Source: Candidatus Caldarchaeum sp. (GTDB lineage: Archaea > Thermoproteota > Nitrososphaeria_A > Caldarchaeales > Caldarchaeaceae). Taken from it: a stretch of 64,000 nucleotides of DNA. Positions within the stretch are counted from its first letter, which is position 1. Each line of letters opens with the position of its first letter. The notes beneath the pieces are model-generated. The model saw only the letters and a list, made by a program, of their open reading frames with translations, was not told the DNA's origin and searched no databases. Location: contig JAWBRA010000003.1 of assembly GCA_038844785.1 (NCBI GenBank), positions 1-64,000 on the forward strand, in the 5' to 3' direction. Shown one piece after another: positions 19,548-28,585 of this stretch. A program made the translations under genes and the position numbers.

Positions 19548-20258
19548 TTGCAGGGAGGCTACGTCGTTGTTGTCGAAAACTTGAGGAAAGTTTACAGAAA
19601 CAACGGTGTCGAGACCGTGGCGCTCAACGGAGTTAACCTAAGGGTTCGAAGGGGTGAGATGCTGGCGATAGTCGGCCCCAGCGGAAGCGGTAAATCAACG
19701 CTTCTCAACATGCTGGGAGCGTTGGATAAACCGACTGAAGGCAGGGTGCTTATAGACGGTGTTGACATAAGCAGGATAGACGACGACAAAAGAGCGGAAT
19801 TCCGCAACAAGAAAATAGGTTTTGTCTTCCAGTCCTACAACCTCATAAACAGGCTGAAAGTCATAAACAATGTAGAGCTGCCGTTAATTTTGCTGGAGAT
19901 GCCTGAAGAGAAGAGGAAGGCTCTGGCTTTGAAGATGCTTAAGGAAGTGGGTCTCGAGTCTAAGGCTTACAACAAGCCAACCCAGCTCAGCGGCGGAGAG
20001 CAGCAACGCGTGGCCATAGCTAGAGCGCTTGTAACCGAGCCTAGCATAATACTGGCCGACGAGCCGACGGGCAACCTCGACTCAAAGTCGGGAGCGGTTG
20101 TTGTTAACTTGCTTAGAGAACTGACACGCAAAGGAAACACCGTCATAGTAGTGACACATAACATGGACGTAGCAAGAATGGCTGACAGAATAATCTACAT
20201 CAAAGACGGTAAAATAGAAAAAGAGGAAACACCGGCCTTCGCAGGAAGCAAAGCATGA
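19548..20258 (+). CDS. ABC transporter ATP-binding protein (LolD/MacB type)
   Basis: [17 protein letters not shown] and [10 protein letters not shown] motifs. Confidence 0.95.
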   Translation: MQGGYVVVVENLRKVYRNNGVETVALNGVNLRVRRGEMLAIVGPSGSGKSTLLNMLGALDKPTEGRVLIDGVDISRIDDDKRAEFRNKKIGFVFQSYNLINRLKVINNVELPLILLEMPEEKRKALALKMLKEVGLESKAYNKPTQLSGGEQQRVAIARALVTEPSIILADEPTGNLDSKSGAVVVNLLRELTRKGNTVIVVTHNMDVARMADRIIYIKDGKIEKEETPAFAGSKA

Positions 20259-22234
20259 AAAACATAGCGCCATTCTTCATTCTTCTGATTTTGGCGTATT
20301 TGTTGACGCCGCTCAAAGTTGAAGGAGCGGCTGTCCAAGTGGTTGACGTGGTCTGGGGCTCTCCCAACAGTCCGGAGAGAGCCATCCCCGGAGACGAAAA
20401 CATACAGCTAAGCCTCGTGGTAGCAAATATAGGAAACAAGCCTGTCTGCACGTTAGAGGCTGAGATACTTCCAAAACAGAACACCCATCTGCCTGTAACA
20501 AGCTGGGACGGTTCGAGAATAATTAGAGCGTACCATCAAGGGCAGCTGCTGCCTGGGACCATGGCAACCCTTATATTTCGTGTAAACATAGCCAATGATT
20601 ATACGCCGGGAAGGTACGAAGCTGTCGCAAGGCTTACATACAGAGAATGCAGCTCAACCTCCGACTATCTGCCGATCTCGCAGCAGACCGCCACCATCTA
20701 CCTCCAGATATGGCGGCCGCCTGCATTGAGGCTTGTGAAGTCCGCCTGGCTCGTTAATGGGGTTGAGAAACCCGTAGGCCCTGGCACAGGCCTCGCAATC
20801 TTAAAGCTGTTCATCGAGGCTCCTTTGGAGACGTCCGTCAGAAGTGTGGAGGCATGGTTAAACGCTCCACCAAGCTTCCGACTGTCGACGGGTGGAAAAG
20901 GTCTCTCAGACACGTTCCTCGAAACAGTTCCAGCTGGCGGGTTTTTCACTCTCGAGTTCCCATTGGTTCTCTCCGACGATGTCCAGCTCGGAAACCATCA
21001 GTTCGAGCTCGACCTCCGTTTCAAGAACAAGTATGGTACCTTAATAAGGCAAAAGCTTCCCTTTACGGTGGAGCTGTCGGGCAGGGAGGTGCTTGAGGTT
21101 AAATCCCGTCCACAAAGCTTCTACAGAGGAGACCACGCTCTTCTATCTCTTTTAGTCGAAAACACCGGAACGGCGCCTGCCTACAACGTGGAGATGGAGG
21201 TTAGGTCCGACAGCCCCAAGGTACAGGTTCTAATGTCAACAGCCAATTTGGGAAACCTTAACCCAGGCCAGGCTTTGGAGGTTAAGGTGCCGCTGTATGT
21301 TGAAAGGTCGGCTGAAGCATCTGTTTACACAGTAATATCAACGCTGGTTTACAGGGATGGCCTGGGAAACCATGGGTCAAAGAGCTTCAAGACATCTTTC
21401 ACAGTCTCCGAGGAGTTTCGAACAGGGGTTGAGGTTTCTCCAAGCCAACACTTCATCCAAGCAGCAGCAATCACGCCGCTGAAAATCAACATCGTCAACA
21501 CAAACCCCTACACCATAAACGAGGTCAAAATCACTCTTGTTGCGCATAACACCTTGCTTACAGTCGTAGAGGGTCCGACGACGGTCAGCATATCCCAGTT
21601 GGCTCCGAACGCAGCCTACTCAATTCCTCTGAAGGTTTTGGCTGCACCTCAGGCGGGAGACTCTGTCAGCCTGCTGCAGGCTAGAGTCGAGTACAAGGAT
21701 GAGGCTGGGGTGAGATGGGTTGACACGGTGGACATTCCACTGGCCGTCAGGGCGGATATTGAGATAAAGTTTAAAGGCGTTCGTCTTTCACCGCTGAAGG
21801 TTAGGCCAGGCGAGACAGTGGATGTTGCAGGCGACATTGTCAACGAAGGCTCCAACATAGCGAGAGCAGTGTCAGCAGAGGTTGTCGGAACAGCTCCCTT
21901 TGAAAACGTCGGAGAATCTCTTGCTTTCGTCGGAGTTGTAAACCCTTCGCAGGTCTCGGCGTTCACCCTCAACTTCCGTGTGAGCCATGACGCAAAACCC
22001 GGCACATATCAGGTAACTGTCAAAGCGGTTTACAGAAACGGGTTTGGCGAGACCTTCACGAAGGAGACAACGCTCAGCTATGAGGTGGTGGCAGCCAGCG
22101 CTCCAACCATAACGGTGCGTGAACAACAGCAACCAGCAACCACCACACAGTCTTTAGTCGCCATCTCCATAGCCGCAGCAGCCATAATTGCATCTGCTTA
22201 CATTATTATTAGAAGGAAAAGGCGAGCCGGTTGA
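20255..22234 (+). CDS. Secreted, C-terminally anchored COG1361-like multi-Ig-fold (S-layer domain) protein
   Basis: Signal peptide, repeated NxG...A.NV beta-sandwich modules, Thr-rich linker, TM anchor and basic tail; lies between the ABC ATPase and permease. Confidence 0.8.
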   Translation: MKNIAPFFILLILAYLLTPLKVEGAAVQVVDVVWGSPNSPERAIPGDENIQLSLVVANIGNKPVCTLEAEILPKQNTHLPVTSWDGSRIIRAYHQGQLLPGTMATLIFRVNIANDYTPGRYEAVARLTYRECSSTSDYLPISQQTATIYLQIWRPPALRLVKSAWLVNGVEKPVGPGTGLAILKLFIEAPLETSVRSVEAWLNAPPSFRLSTGGKGLSDTFLETVPAGGFFTLEFPLVLSDDVQLGNHQFELDLRFKNKYGTLIRQKLPFTVELSGREVLEVKSRPQSFYRGDHALLSLLVENTGTAPAYNVEMEVRSDSPKVQVLMSTANLGNLNPGQALEVKVPLYVERSAEASVYTVISTLVYRDGLGNHGSKSFKTSFTVSEEFRTGVEVSPSQHFIQAAAITPLKINIVNTNPYTINEVKITLVAHNTLLTVVEGPTTVSISQLAPNAAYSIPLKVLAAPQAGDSVSLLQARVEYKDEAGVRWVDTVDIPLAVRADIEIKFKGVRLSPLKVRPGETVDVAGDIVNEGSNIARAVSAEVVGTAPFENVGESLAFVGVVNPSQVSAFTLNFRVSHDAKPGTYQVTVKAVYRNGFGETFTKETTLSYEVVAASAPTITVREQQQPATTTQSLVAISIAAAAIIASAYIIIRRKRRAG

Positions 22235-23472
22235 AGCTCTCCGACTACCTAGGCTACGCCTGGAGCGCCTTAAAAGACAGAAGGTTGAGAACAACTCTCA
22301 CGGTCCTAGGCATAGTAGTCGGCCCGGCTTTGATAACTGCTCTAAACGCCACAACGGCTGGGCTGACTGAATCCATCGTTTCAAACCTACAGGTCTTCGG
22401 AGCCGACATGATTCTAGTCCAGCGTATAGGCGACTTCAACTTCGACGACTCCGTGATAAAATCCATAGAGCAGCTTCAGGGTGTGAAGGAGGTTTATCCC
22501 TACTATTTGATAGCCTCCGGAGAGATAAAAACAAGGGGCAAATCATTCCCAATGGACCCCGCCAGGTCATACACGGTCCTGGCGGTAGAGCTGAAAAAGC
22601 TTCCCAACCTCTTCCCCAACATAAAAATCGACCAAGGCGAGATTATAGACAATCCAGGATACGCTGTGGCTGGGTACAGCGCATGGAACCCCAAGGACCC
22701 GAACATACCTCCGTTGGACGTAGGCTCTTTGTTTACGGTTTCAGCATCCTCAGCTGGAGGCTCGACAAGGTCCTTCGCGGTTTCTGCGAGGCTGTCAAGA
22801 TACGGACAGGCCCTCTTCCTCAACCCCGACACCCAGATATTTGTCTCGCTCGAAGCCGGAAAACTCATCACCAACAGAAGAAGCTACAGCGGTGCGTTCA
22901 TCAGGATAAACGATCCATCGATCAGCGACACGGTTGTCACAACCTTAGAAAAATGGTACGGCGAAAACCTCAGAGTTTTCTCCATCACAGCAATATCTGC
23001 AACAGTTCAGCAGATAATCGGAACCCTTAACGTCTTTTTCTCATCGGTGGCATCCATGAGCCTGCTGGTAGCCTTCCTAGGAATAATGACAACGATGTTC
23101 ACGTCGGTTACTGAAAGGGTGAGAGAGATAGGGTTGATCAAAGCACTTGGCTTCAAAACCCGCGACGTAATGCTTACGTTTTTGATGGAGGCGTTCATAA
23201 TAGGTCTTATAGGCGGAGTCGCCGGGACGGCGGTGGGTGCGGCTTCATCATTCATCCTGTCAGACATTTTCTCGGGACCACCTGTGGAAAGAAGGCCTGG
23301 AACCTTTCCAATAGGCAGAAACACGGAGGGGATTAGAATCATCCCCATAATCACTCCGGAGCTGATCTTCACGGGCGTGGTTGTCGCCGTGGTGGTGGCT
23401 GTTTCAGCCGGCTTGATCCCCGCGTTCAGGGCCTCGAAGCTGGAGCCGATAGAGGCTTTAAGAAGAGAGTAG
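22231..23472 (+). CDS. ABC transporter permease (MacB/FtsX family)
   Basis: RTTLTVLGIVVG, SVTERVREIGLIKALG and PAFRASKLEPIEALR motifs. Confidence 0.93.
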   Translation: MKLSDYLGYAWSALKDRRLRTTLTVLGIVVGPALITALNATTAGLTESIVSNLQVFGADMILVQRIGDFNFDDSVIKSIEQLQGVKEVYPYYLIASGEIKTRGKSFPMDPARSYTVLAVELKKLPNLFPNIKIDQGEIIDNPGYAVAGYSAWNPKDPNIPPLDVGSLFTVSASSAGGSTRSFAVSARLSRYGQALFLNPDTQIFVSLEAGKLITNRRSYSGAFIRINDPSISDTVVTTLEKWYGENLRVFSITAISATVQQIIGTLNVFFSSVASMSLLVAFLGIMTTMFTSVTERVREIGLIKALGFKTRDVMLTFLMEAFIIGLIGGVAGTAVGAASSFILSDIFSGPPVERRPGTFPIGRNTEGIRIIPIITPELIFTGVVVAVVVAVSAGLIPAFRASKLEPIEALRRE

Positions 23473-23510
23473 CGGCAGATTTTTATTGCGAATTGTAACG
23501 GTGCTATTGA

Positions 23511-24794
23511 ATGCTGAACATAAAGCAAATCAGGTCCAACCCAGACCTCTTCCGACGCGGACTGGCTAGGAGGGGGGTTTCACCCAGCCTAGTCGACCGG
23601 ATTCTCGAGCTGGATTCGGAGAGGAGGTTGCTTTTGAAAAAAGTCGAAGAACTCCGGCGTGCAAGAAACGTCATAGCGGAGGAAGTGGCGGCAGCCAAGA
23701 AACGGGGTGAGAAATCAGCCGACCTGCTGGCGAAGATGAAAGACGTCAACGAACAGATAGAAGCCGTGGAGGAAAAGCTGGAAGATGTGGAGAAACAGCT
23801 GCGTACAATACTGTACAACACCCCTAACATACCTCATGAATCGGTTCCGGACGGCAGCTCAGAAGACGATAACGTTACGGTGAGAACCTGGGGCGAGGCT
23901 AGGAAAGAGGATTGGATGAAAGACCATGTCGACCTGCTGAAAATCCTAGGCATGGCCGACACGGAGGCCGCAGCATCAGTAGCTGGAGCAAGGTTCTACT
24001 ACTTGTTTGACGACCTCGTACTACTCAACTGGGCTCTGGCAAAATACGGCCTCGACTTCCTCAAAAGAAAAGGCTTCAAGCTGCTACAGCCACCCTACAT
24101 GCTCACAAGAAAGATAATGGAGGGAGTTGTATCTTTCCAAGACTTCCAGGACATGCTGTATAAGATTGAGGACGAAGACCTGTATCTTATCGGAACGGCT
24201 GAGCACGCTATAGCCGGACTTCATGCAGGCGAGATATTGGACGGAAGGTTTCTCCCCCTACGATACGCTGGTGTCAGCCCATGCTTCAGGAAGGAGGCTG
24301 GAGCCCACGGCAAAGACACGAAAGGAATCTTCCGGGTTCACCAGTTTGAGAAGGTTGAGCAGTTCAGCTTCACAAAGCCAAGCCAGTCCTGGCAAGAGCA
24401 TGAGTTTCTCATATCAAACGCCGAGGAGATCTACCGTTCCCTAGGTCTTCCCTACAGGGTTGTAAACATTTGCGTCGGAGAGCTCGGCTCAATAGCCGCC
24501 AAAAAATACGACCTAGAGGTTTGGCTTCCCGCCCAAGGCAGGTATAGAGAGCTTGTCTCATGCAGCAACTGCACAGACTATCAAGCAATCAGGCTCAACA
24601 TAAGATACCGTGAAGAACCCCATGTTGAGGTGACAGACTATGTCCACACTTTGAACAGCACCGCGATAGCTACCGAGAGAACAATCGTCGCAATCTTGGA
24701 GAACTATCAAAGACGCGATGGGTCTGTGGAGGTTCCGGAAGTTCTGCAACCATATCTCAACGGCTTGACAGTTATCAGGCCTGCTGATCGATGA
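23511..24794 (+). CDS. serS: Serine--tRNA ligase
   Basis: N-terminal coiled arm, GTAE, FRKEAG...FRVHQF, ELVSCSNCTDYQ and HTLNST motifs. Confidence 0.97.
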   Translation: MLNIKQIRSNPDLFRRGLARRGVSPSLVDRILELDSERRLLLKKVEELRRARNVIAEEVAAAKKRGEKSADLLAKMKDVNEQIEAVEEKLEDVEKQLRTILYNTPNIPHESVPDGSSEDDNVTVRTWGEARKEDWMKDHVDLLKILGMADTEAAASVAGARFYYLFDDLVLLNWALAKYGLDFLKRKGFKLLQPPYMLTRKIMEGVVSFQDFQDMLYKIEDEDLYLIGTAEHAIAGLHAGEILDGRFLPLRYAGVSPCFRKEAGAHGKDTKGIFRVHQFEKVEQFSFTKPSQSWQEHEFLISNAEEIYRSLGLPYRVVNICVGELGSIAAKKYDLEVWLPAQGRYRELVSCSNCTDYQAIRLNIRYREEPHVEVTDYVHTLNSTAIATERTIVAILENYQRRDGSVEVPEVLQPYLNGLTVIRPADR

Positions 24795-26106
24795 TGTTCT
24801 GAACTGCTGAGGCCAAATGTAAAGGCGTTTCCAAAACTACGGGATCGACGCTTCTGAGGATGTGGCTTGCCGAGGCCATCGAAAGTAGAGGGTCGGCACC
24901 AGTTCCGATGAACCAAGCAACCAAGGCTTGGGCGTATCCGAAATACGTCTGCTTCAAAGGCCGTCCAATCCAGTTCAAGTAGGTCTTCAAACCGTTTGAA
25001 ATAGAATCCACTTCCCCCACCACATAAACAGGTGCAGCAAGCTTTCTGCAGAGCTCCTCAACATCTCTCACGAGGGTTCGGTAGGTTGTCTTCAGGCTCT
25101 CTGCAACGGGTTTTTCGCTCCAGAGGACGTAGACAGGGTTTACGCCTGCCGTGGCGACATGTGAGACCACTACAGGCTGGCTCCGCGGCAGAAAAGGCCT
25201 TACCGCCGTAGCGTTGACATCGGCCGACAACAACACAGCCCTCGAGGATGCAACCGCATATCTGAGCTCAGGGTTTTCAACGAGCATGTTGAGGTCGCAG
25301 AAGGCTGTGAACCCTTTAAGAGACGTCAGAAATTCTCTGACCTTCTGGTCAGGCCCTGCGTCGCCGAATATGTAGGCCAGCTTCCCTGAGCCGAGCTTAT
25401 CACGGCCTGTTCTACGGACAAGAAGCCTGAGCTGGCCGGGTCCTGCAAGTATTTCAGCCTCTTCTGGGATGCCTATCTTTTCAACAATGGTTTTTCCCGT
25501 TTGCTTTAAGTGAACCGGCTTAGGCTTGTGGAGGGCGACGGTTACGTCGGCTTGAAAGTAAAGGTCTCCAGCGCCCGTGTCAGGGTCAACCCCAGTAGGT
25601 ATGTCAACAGCCAGTTTGAAGGCTTTAGAGCTGTTGGCAAGCTCGACCGCGGTCCTGTAAACCCCTGACAACCCACCCCTCGCACCAGTTCCGAGAATGG
25701 CGTCCACAATCGCCTCGGCTTCGTCGAACAACTGTGCATGCTGCATGAGCTTCTCTATGGTTTCAACCGGTTCTAGAACGGTTGTGAGCCTCATGTTCTT
25801 TACCGCTTCATAGTTTATCCGAGCCTCTTGAGTCCTTATTTTAGACGGCTCGGCCAGCAGCAGCACCGTGACCTCAGCCCCCATGCAGGCCATGTGGCGG
25901 GCCGCAGCCAGCCCGTCCCCGCCGTTGTTCCCAGGCCCGCATAAAACCAAGATTTTCCGACCCTCGAGTTTTCCCAAAGCCTCTTCCAAGCGGGCTGCCA
26001 CGGCTTTTCCCGCGTTCTCCATCAACACAAGCCTCCTGACACCCATCCAATCCGCGTTAGCGTCCAGAACCATCATCTCCTCAGAAGTAACAGTTTGCAA
26101 AGCCAA
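24775..26106 (-). CDS. nnrE: NAD(P)HX epimerase (YjeF_N) fused to a degenerate dehydratase-like domain
   Basis: LMENAG, GPGNNGGDG, DAILGTG and DIPTG motifs; the C-terminal half lacks the dehydratase GGxGDVL motif. Confidence 0.85.
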   Translation of the reverse strand: MALQTVTSEEMMVLDANADWMGVRRLVLMENAGKAVAARLEEALGKLEGRKILVLCGPGNNGGDGLAAARHMACMGAEVTVLLLAEPSKIRTQEARINYEAVKNMRLTTVLEPVETIEKLMQHAQLFDEAEAIVDAILGTGARGGLSGVYRTAVELANSSKAFKLAVDIPTGVDPDTGAGDLYFQADVTVALHKPKPVHLKQTGKTIVEKIGIPEEAEILAGPGQLRLLVRRTGRDKLGSGKLAYIFGDAGPDQKVREFLTSLKGFTAFCDLNMLVENPELRYAVASSRAVLLSADVNATAVRPFLPRSQPVVVSHVATAGVNPVYVLWSEKPVAESLKTTYRTLVRDVEELCRKLAAPVYVVGEVDSISNGLKTYLNWIGRPLKQTYFGYAQALVAWFIGTGADPLLSMASASHILRSVDPVVLETPLHLASAVQNIIDQQA

Positions 26107-26326
26107 GCAATCTTTGAGGATTTTTTATATAAACATTACAGAAAAAAATCCTCCAGACAATACCCAGATATATCGGGTAAAGAGTTCTGGAGAGAGTTGT
26201 GGATTGGTGATACCGTCTGCTGCAAAAACAGTTTCATCTACAAGAAACGACTATGTTTGCTTAACATTCTACGGCCTGTTAAAAACCACGGCAATCCTGT
26301 AACGCCGGGACAGCCAAGGGACTGCG

Positions 26327-27189
26327 CTAAGGCTCGCCTCCAACGACGTTGGCCAAAACACCTATTTTCTCTATCTCCACCTCCACCAAGTCCTCCACGT
26401 TTAGCAGCTTGGGAGCTGGCTTGTAGAAAATTCCCACACCCGACGGAGTTCCAGTAGCTATGACGTCACCGGGATCTAGGGTCATCATAAGCCGATACAT
26501 GCCGAAAATCATGTTCCACGAGTTGGAGCTCTGCCTTATCTCGCCGTTTACCCTCGACATGATTTTGAGGTTGTGGGGTCTCCAACCTCGTCTTGGGTAA
26601 CCACCCATGGCCCGATGGGTGCAAACGTGTCGAATGACTTGCCGCGAACCCATTGACCTTCCTTAAACTGAATGTCACGTGCGGAGATATCGTTGAAACA
26701 CGTGTAACCAAGAATAAACTCATGAGCCTGCGAACGAGAGACATTCCTGCATTTTCTCCCTATGACAACCGCCAGCTCAGCCTCGTAATCCAGCTGTCTC
26801 GTAATCTTGGGGTAGATGATCGAGCTGCCCGGACCTGTTATGGCCGTGTACGGCTTCATGAAAATCACAGGCTCGTCAGGTGGTTTGACACCCTGCTCCT
26901 CAGCATGGTCTCTGTAGTTAAGACCCATGCAGATTATCTTCGGACGGTTATCAACCGGGGCTAGGAGGCTGACTTCAGAGACGGTGGCCTCAAGCGGATG
27001 CTTCCCCACAGCATCTTCTAACCGTCTTTTGTAAACTGTGTTCATGACACATTCTTCGGCGAACTCGGCCACTGTTGTAGGAAGATTTTCGCCAAAAATA
27101 CTGCTAAGGTAAGAGCGGCTATACACCCCTTCGTTAGCTATAATGGCATATTCCTCCCGGCCGCCGAATCTTATTCTAGCTATTTTCGT
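26327..27189 (-). pseudogene. Fumarylacetoacetate-hydrolase-family pseudogene
   Basis: GLNYRDH, LDYEAEL, NDISARD and GKSFDTF in one frame; a frameshift at about 26575 (C-run) continues as HNLKI...TGTPSGVG. Short internal deletion; ACG where the start ATG is expected (27187-27189). Confidence 0.8.
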
Positions 27190-27432
27190 GGTTCGGCCAT
27201 CGAGCGAAAAAGCTAAAAATTTTACGCAGCATAGTCGATCTCCAAAGCCAAGGCGAAAAATCAAAAGCTATAGCCCCGCCGACTTTACGTCGGCTAACAC
27301 AACGTGTCGAAGTATATCTGGATAGATACAGGCTGAAGACTGGTGCATCGAGCTGTGCTTCAACCTTCCGTGACGCACTGACGATGACAAGGCCGATGGT
27401 TGAAGGAGAAACATGTAGACGATTCTGAGGTT

Positions 27433-27537
27433 TGGGCCCGGTGGGATTCGAACCCACGGCCACCAGGTTATGAGCCTGGCGTTGCAGAAATATTACAAGC
27501 GGTAATATTTTCTCTGACCTAGCTGAGCTACGGGCCC
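27433..27537 (-). tRNA. tRNA with CAU anticodon, probably tRNA-Ile2, with a 30-nt intron at position 24/25 (27482-27511)
   Basis: GGGCCCG/CGGGCCC acceptor stem, CCAGG-CT-CAT-AA-CCTGG anticodon arm, GTGGG-TTCGAAT-CCCAC T arm, discriminator A, no encoded CCA; TATA at about 27560-27567. The GGGCCCG acceptor is typical of archaeal Ile rather than Met tRNAs. Confidence 0.92.
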
Positions 27538-27589
27538 CGGCTAAATAAGCCAACTGCCCTTATATAAGAATATGTCTGAAAGGAAAAAT

Positions 27590-28560
27590 GAGGGGGGTGT
27601 TTGGCTGGAGGCCGGTCATCTGACAGCGTTTAAGCATGATGAAAACTGTGCATTGGCTCTTAAATCGCCGTAAAGCGTTGGGTACTGAATTGCCCGGCCT
27701 TCATCTGGTTTTTCTCCGCTGTCAGGCCTGGCCTCCAGCCATTGTTTGTTTGATTTTCTTCAGGAGTTAGCGTGTTTTTCGTGTAGTGGTTTATTGCTTG
27801 GGATTGGGCTGCTTTTCTGAGCCTGTGGTTGTGTCTTCTGTTGTTGGGTTTGTAGAGGCCGACGTAGCATAGGGTTTTCCTCAGACCGGAATACGTGTAG
27901 TAGGAGGTCTGCTAGAGCTGCTTTTCCATAGAGGCTTTTGTATGTTAATCCTAGCTGTCTGCATGTTTCATCATATCTGTGTAATGTTGTCTTCGCCATC
28001 CTTATTATCTGACGTGCCAGCCTGTCTTTGTCTCTGTCTATGGGTTTTACAGCTTCTGCGGACGTTTTAAACAGCTTCAATAACCTCGGAAGCTTAAGCT
28101 GTTCAGTGTATTCGTCGATGAGCTTCATCAACCCAACATATTCTACTGTAACCTCCACGAAACAACCTCCATCCATCATCGATAATATTTTCGCATCATT
28201 CTCATCGTTCTTGGACAGCGACAGCCTTTCTCTGTAGGCGGTTAGAAGGTCTGTCCTCTTCAGCCTGAAAACCCTGACGTCACGGCTGAGGAGCGCTGAA
28301 ACGTCGTCATACATGGTTGGCGGTATGATGTCCACGTAAACCTCATCGCCTTCGGCTGCAGGAACGTCAACAAGACGAGATGTCCTAACACAGTGGTGTC
28401 CGTCGAAGACAACATGCGGCCTAGCTCTACGTCCACCGTTTGCAAACGCGTGAACATCGACGTAAAACCTTCTTGCCTCTCTCCCGAGAGGTTTATAAGC
28501 CTCTTTTCGGGGTCTCATCTCATCAGGCACCATTTCGTAAAAGTTCAATCTCAGGCTATA
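27590..28560 (-). mobile_element. Degenerate IS110-family-like recombinase/transposase element (frameshifted)
   Basis: ORF 27760-28548 has FYVDVH, VYVD and KNDENDA (like the IS110 KTDxxDA motif); a shifted frame from about 27887 gives GLRKTLCYVGLYKP...HRLRKAA, like the IS110 C-terminal domain. Boundaries approximate. Confidence 0.55.
27602..27741. ncRNA. Candidate structured ncRNA at the 3' end of an IS110-like gene
   Basis: 12-bp stem (27602-27613/27730-27741) and 9-bp stem (27620-27628/27717-27725) enclose about 88 nt containing ATGATGA and CTGA on the + strand. Confidence 0.45.
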
Positions 28561-28585
28561 TGCTTTCCTGTGGCTTAGAGTGTGG

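Noticed and set aside
26095-26457. 120-aa + strand ORF in the nnrE/FAH gap
   Set aside because: It overlaps both flanking genes and the nnrE promoter, with no motifs; probably spurious.
27176-27553. 125-aa ORF on the minus strand
   Set aside because: It reads through the tRNA gene and its intron; no recognisable protein features.
28470-28530. Hammerhead-like CTGATGAG...CGAAA on the minus strand upstream of the IS110-like coding region
   Set aside because: Stem II cannot form and the A-U pair before the cleavage triplet is out of register. The hairpin loop CTTATAAA fits a BRE/TATA promoter better.
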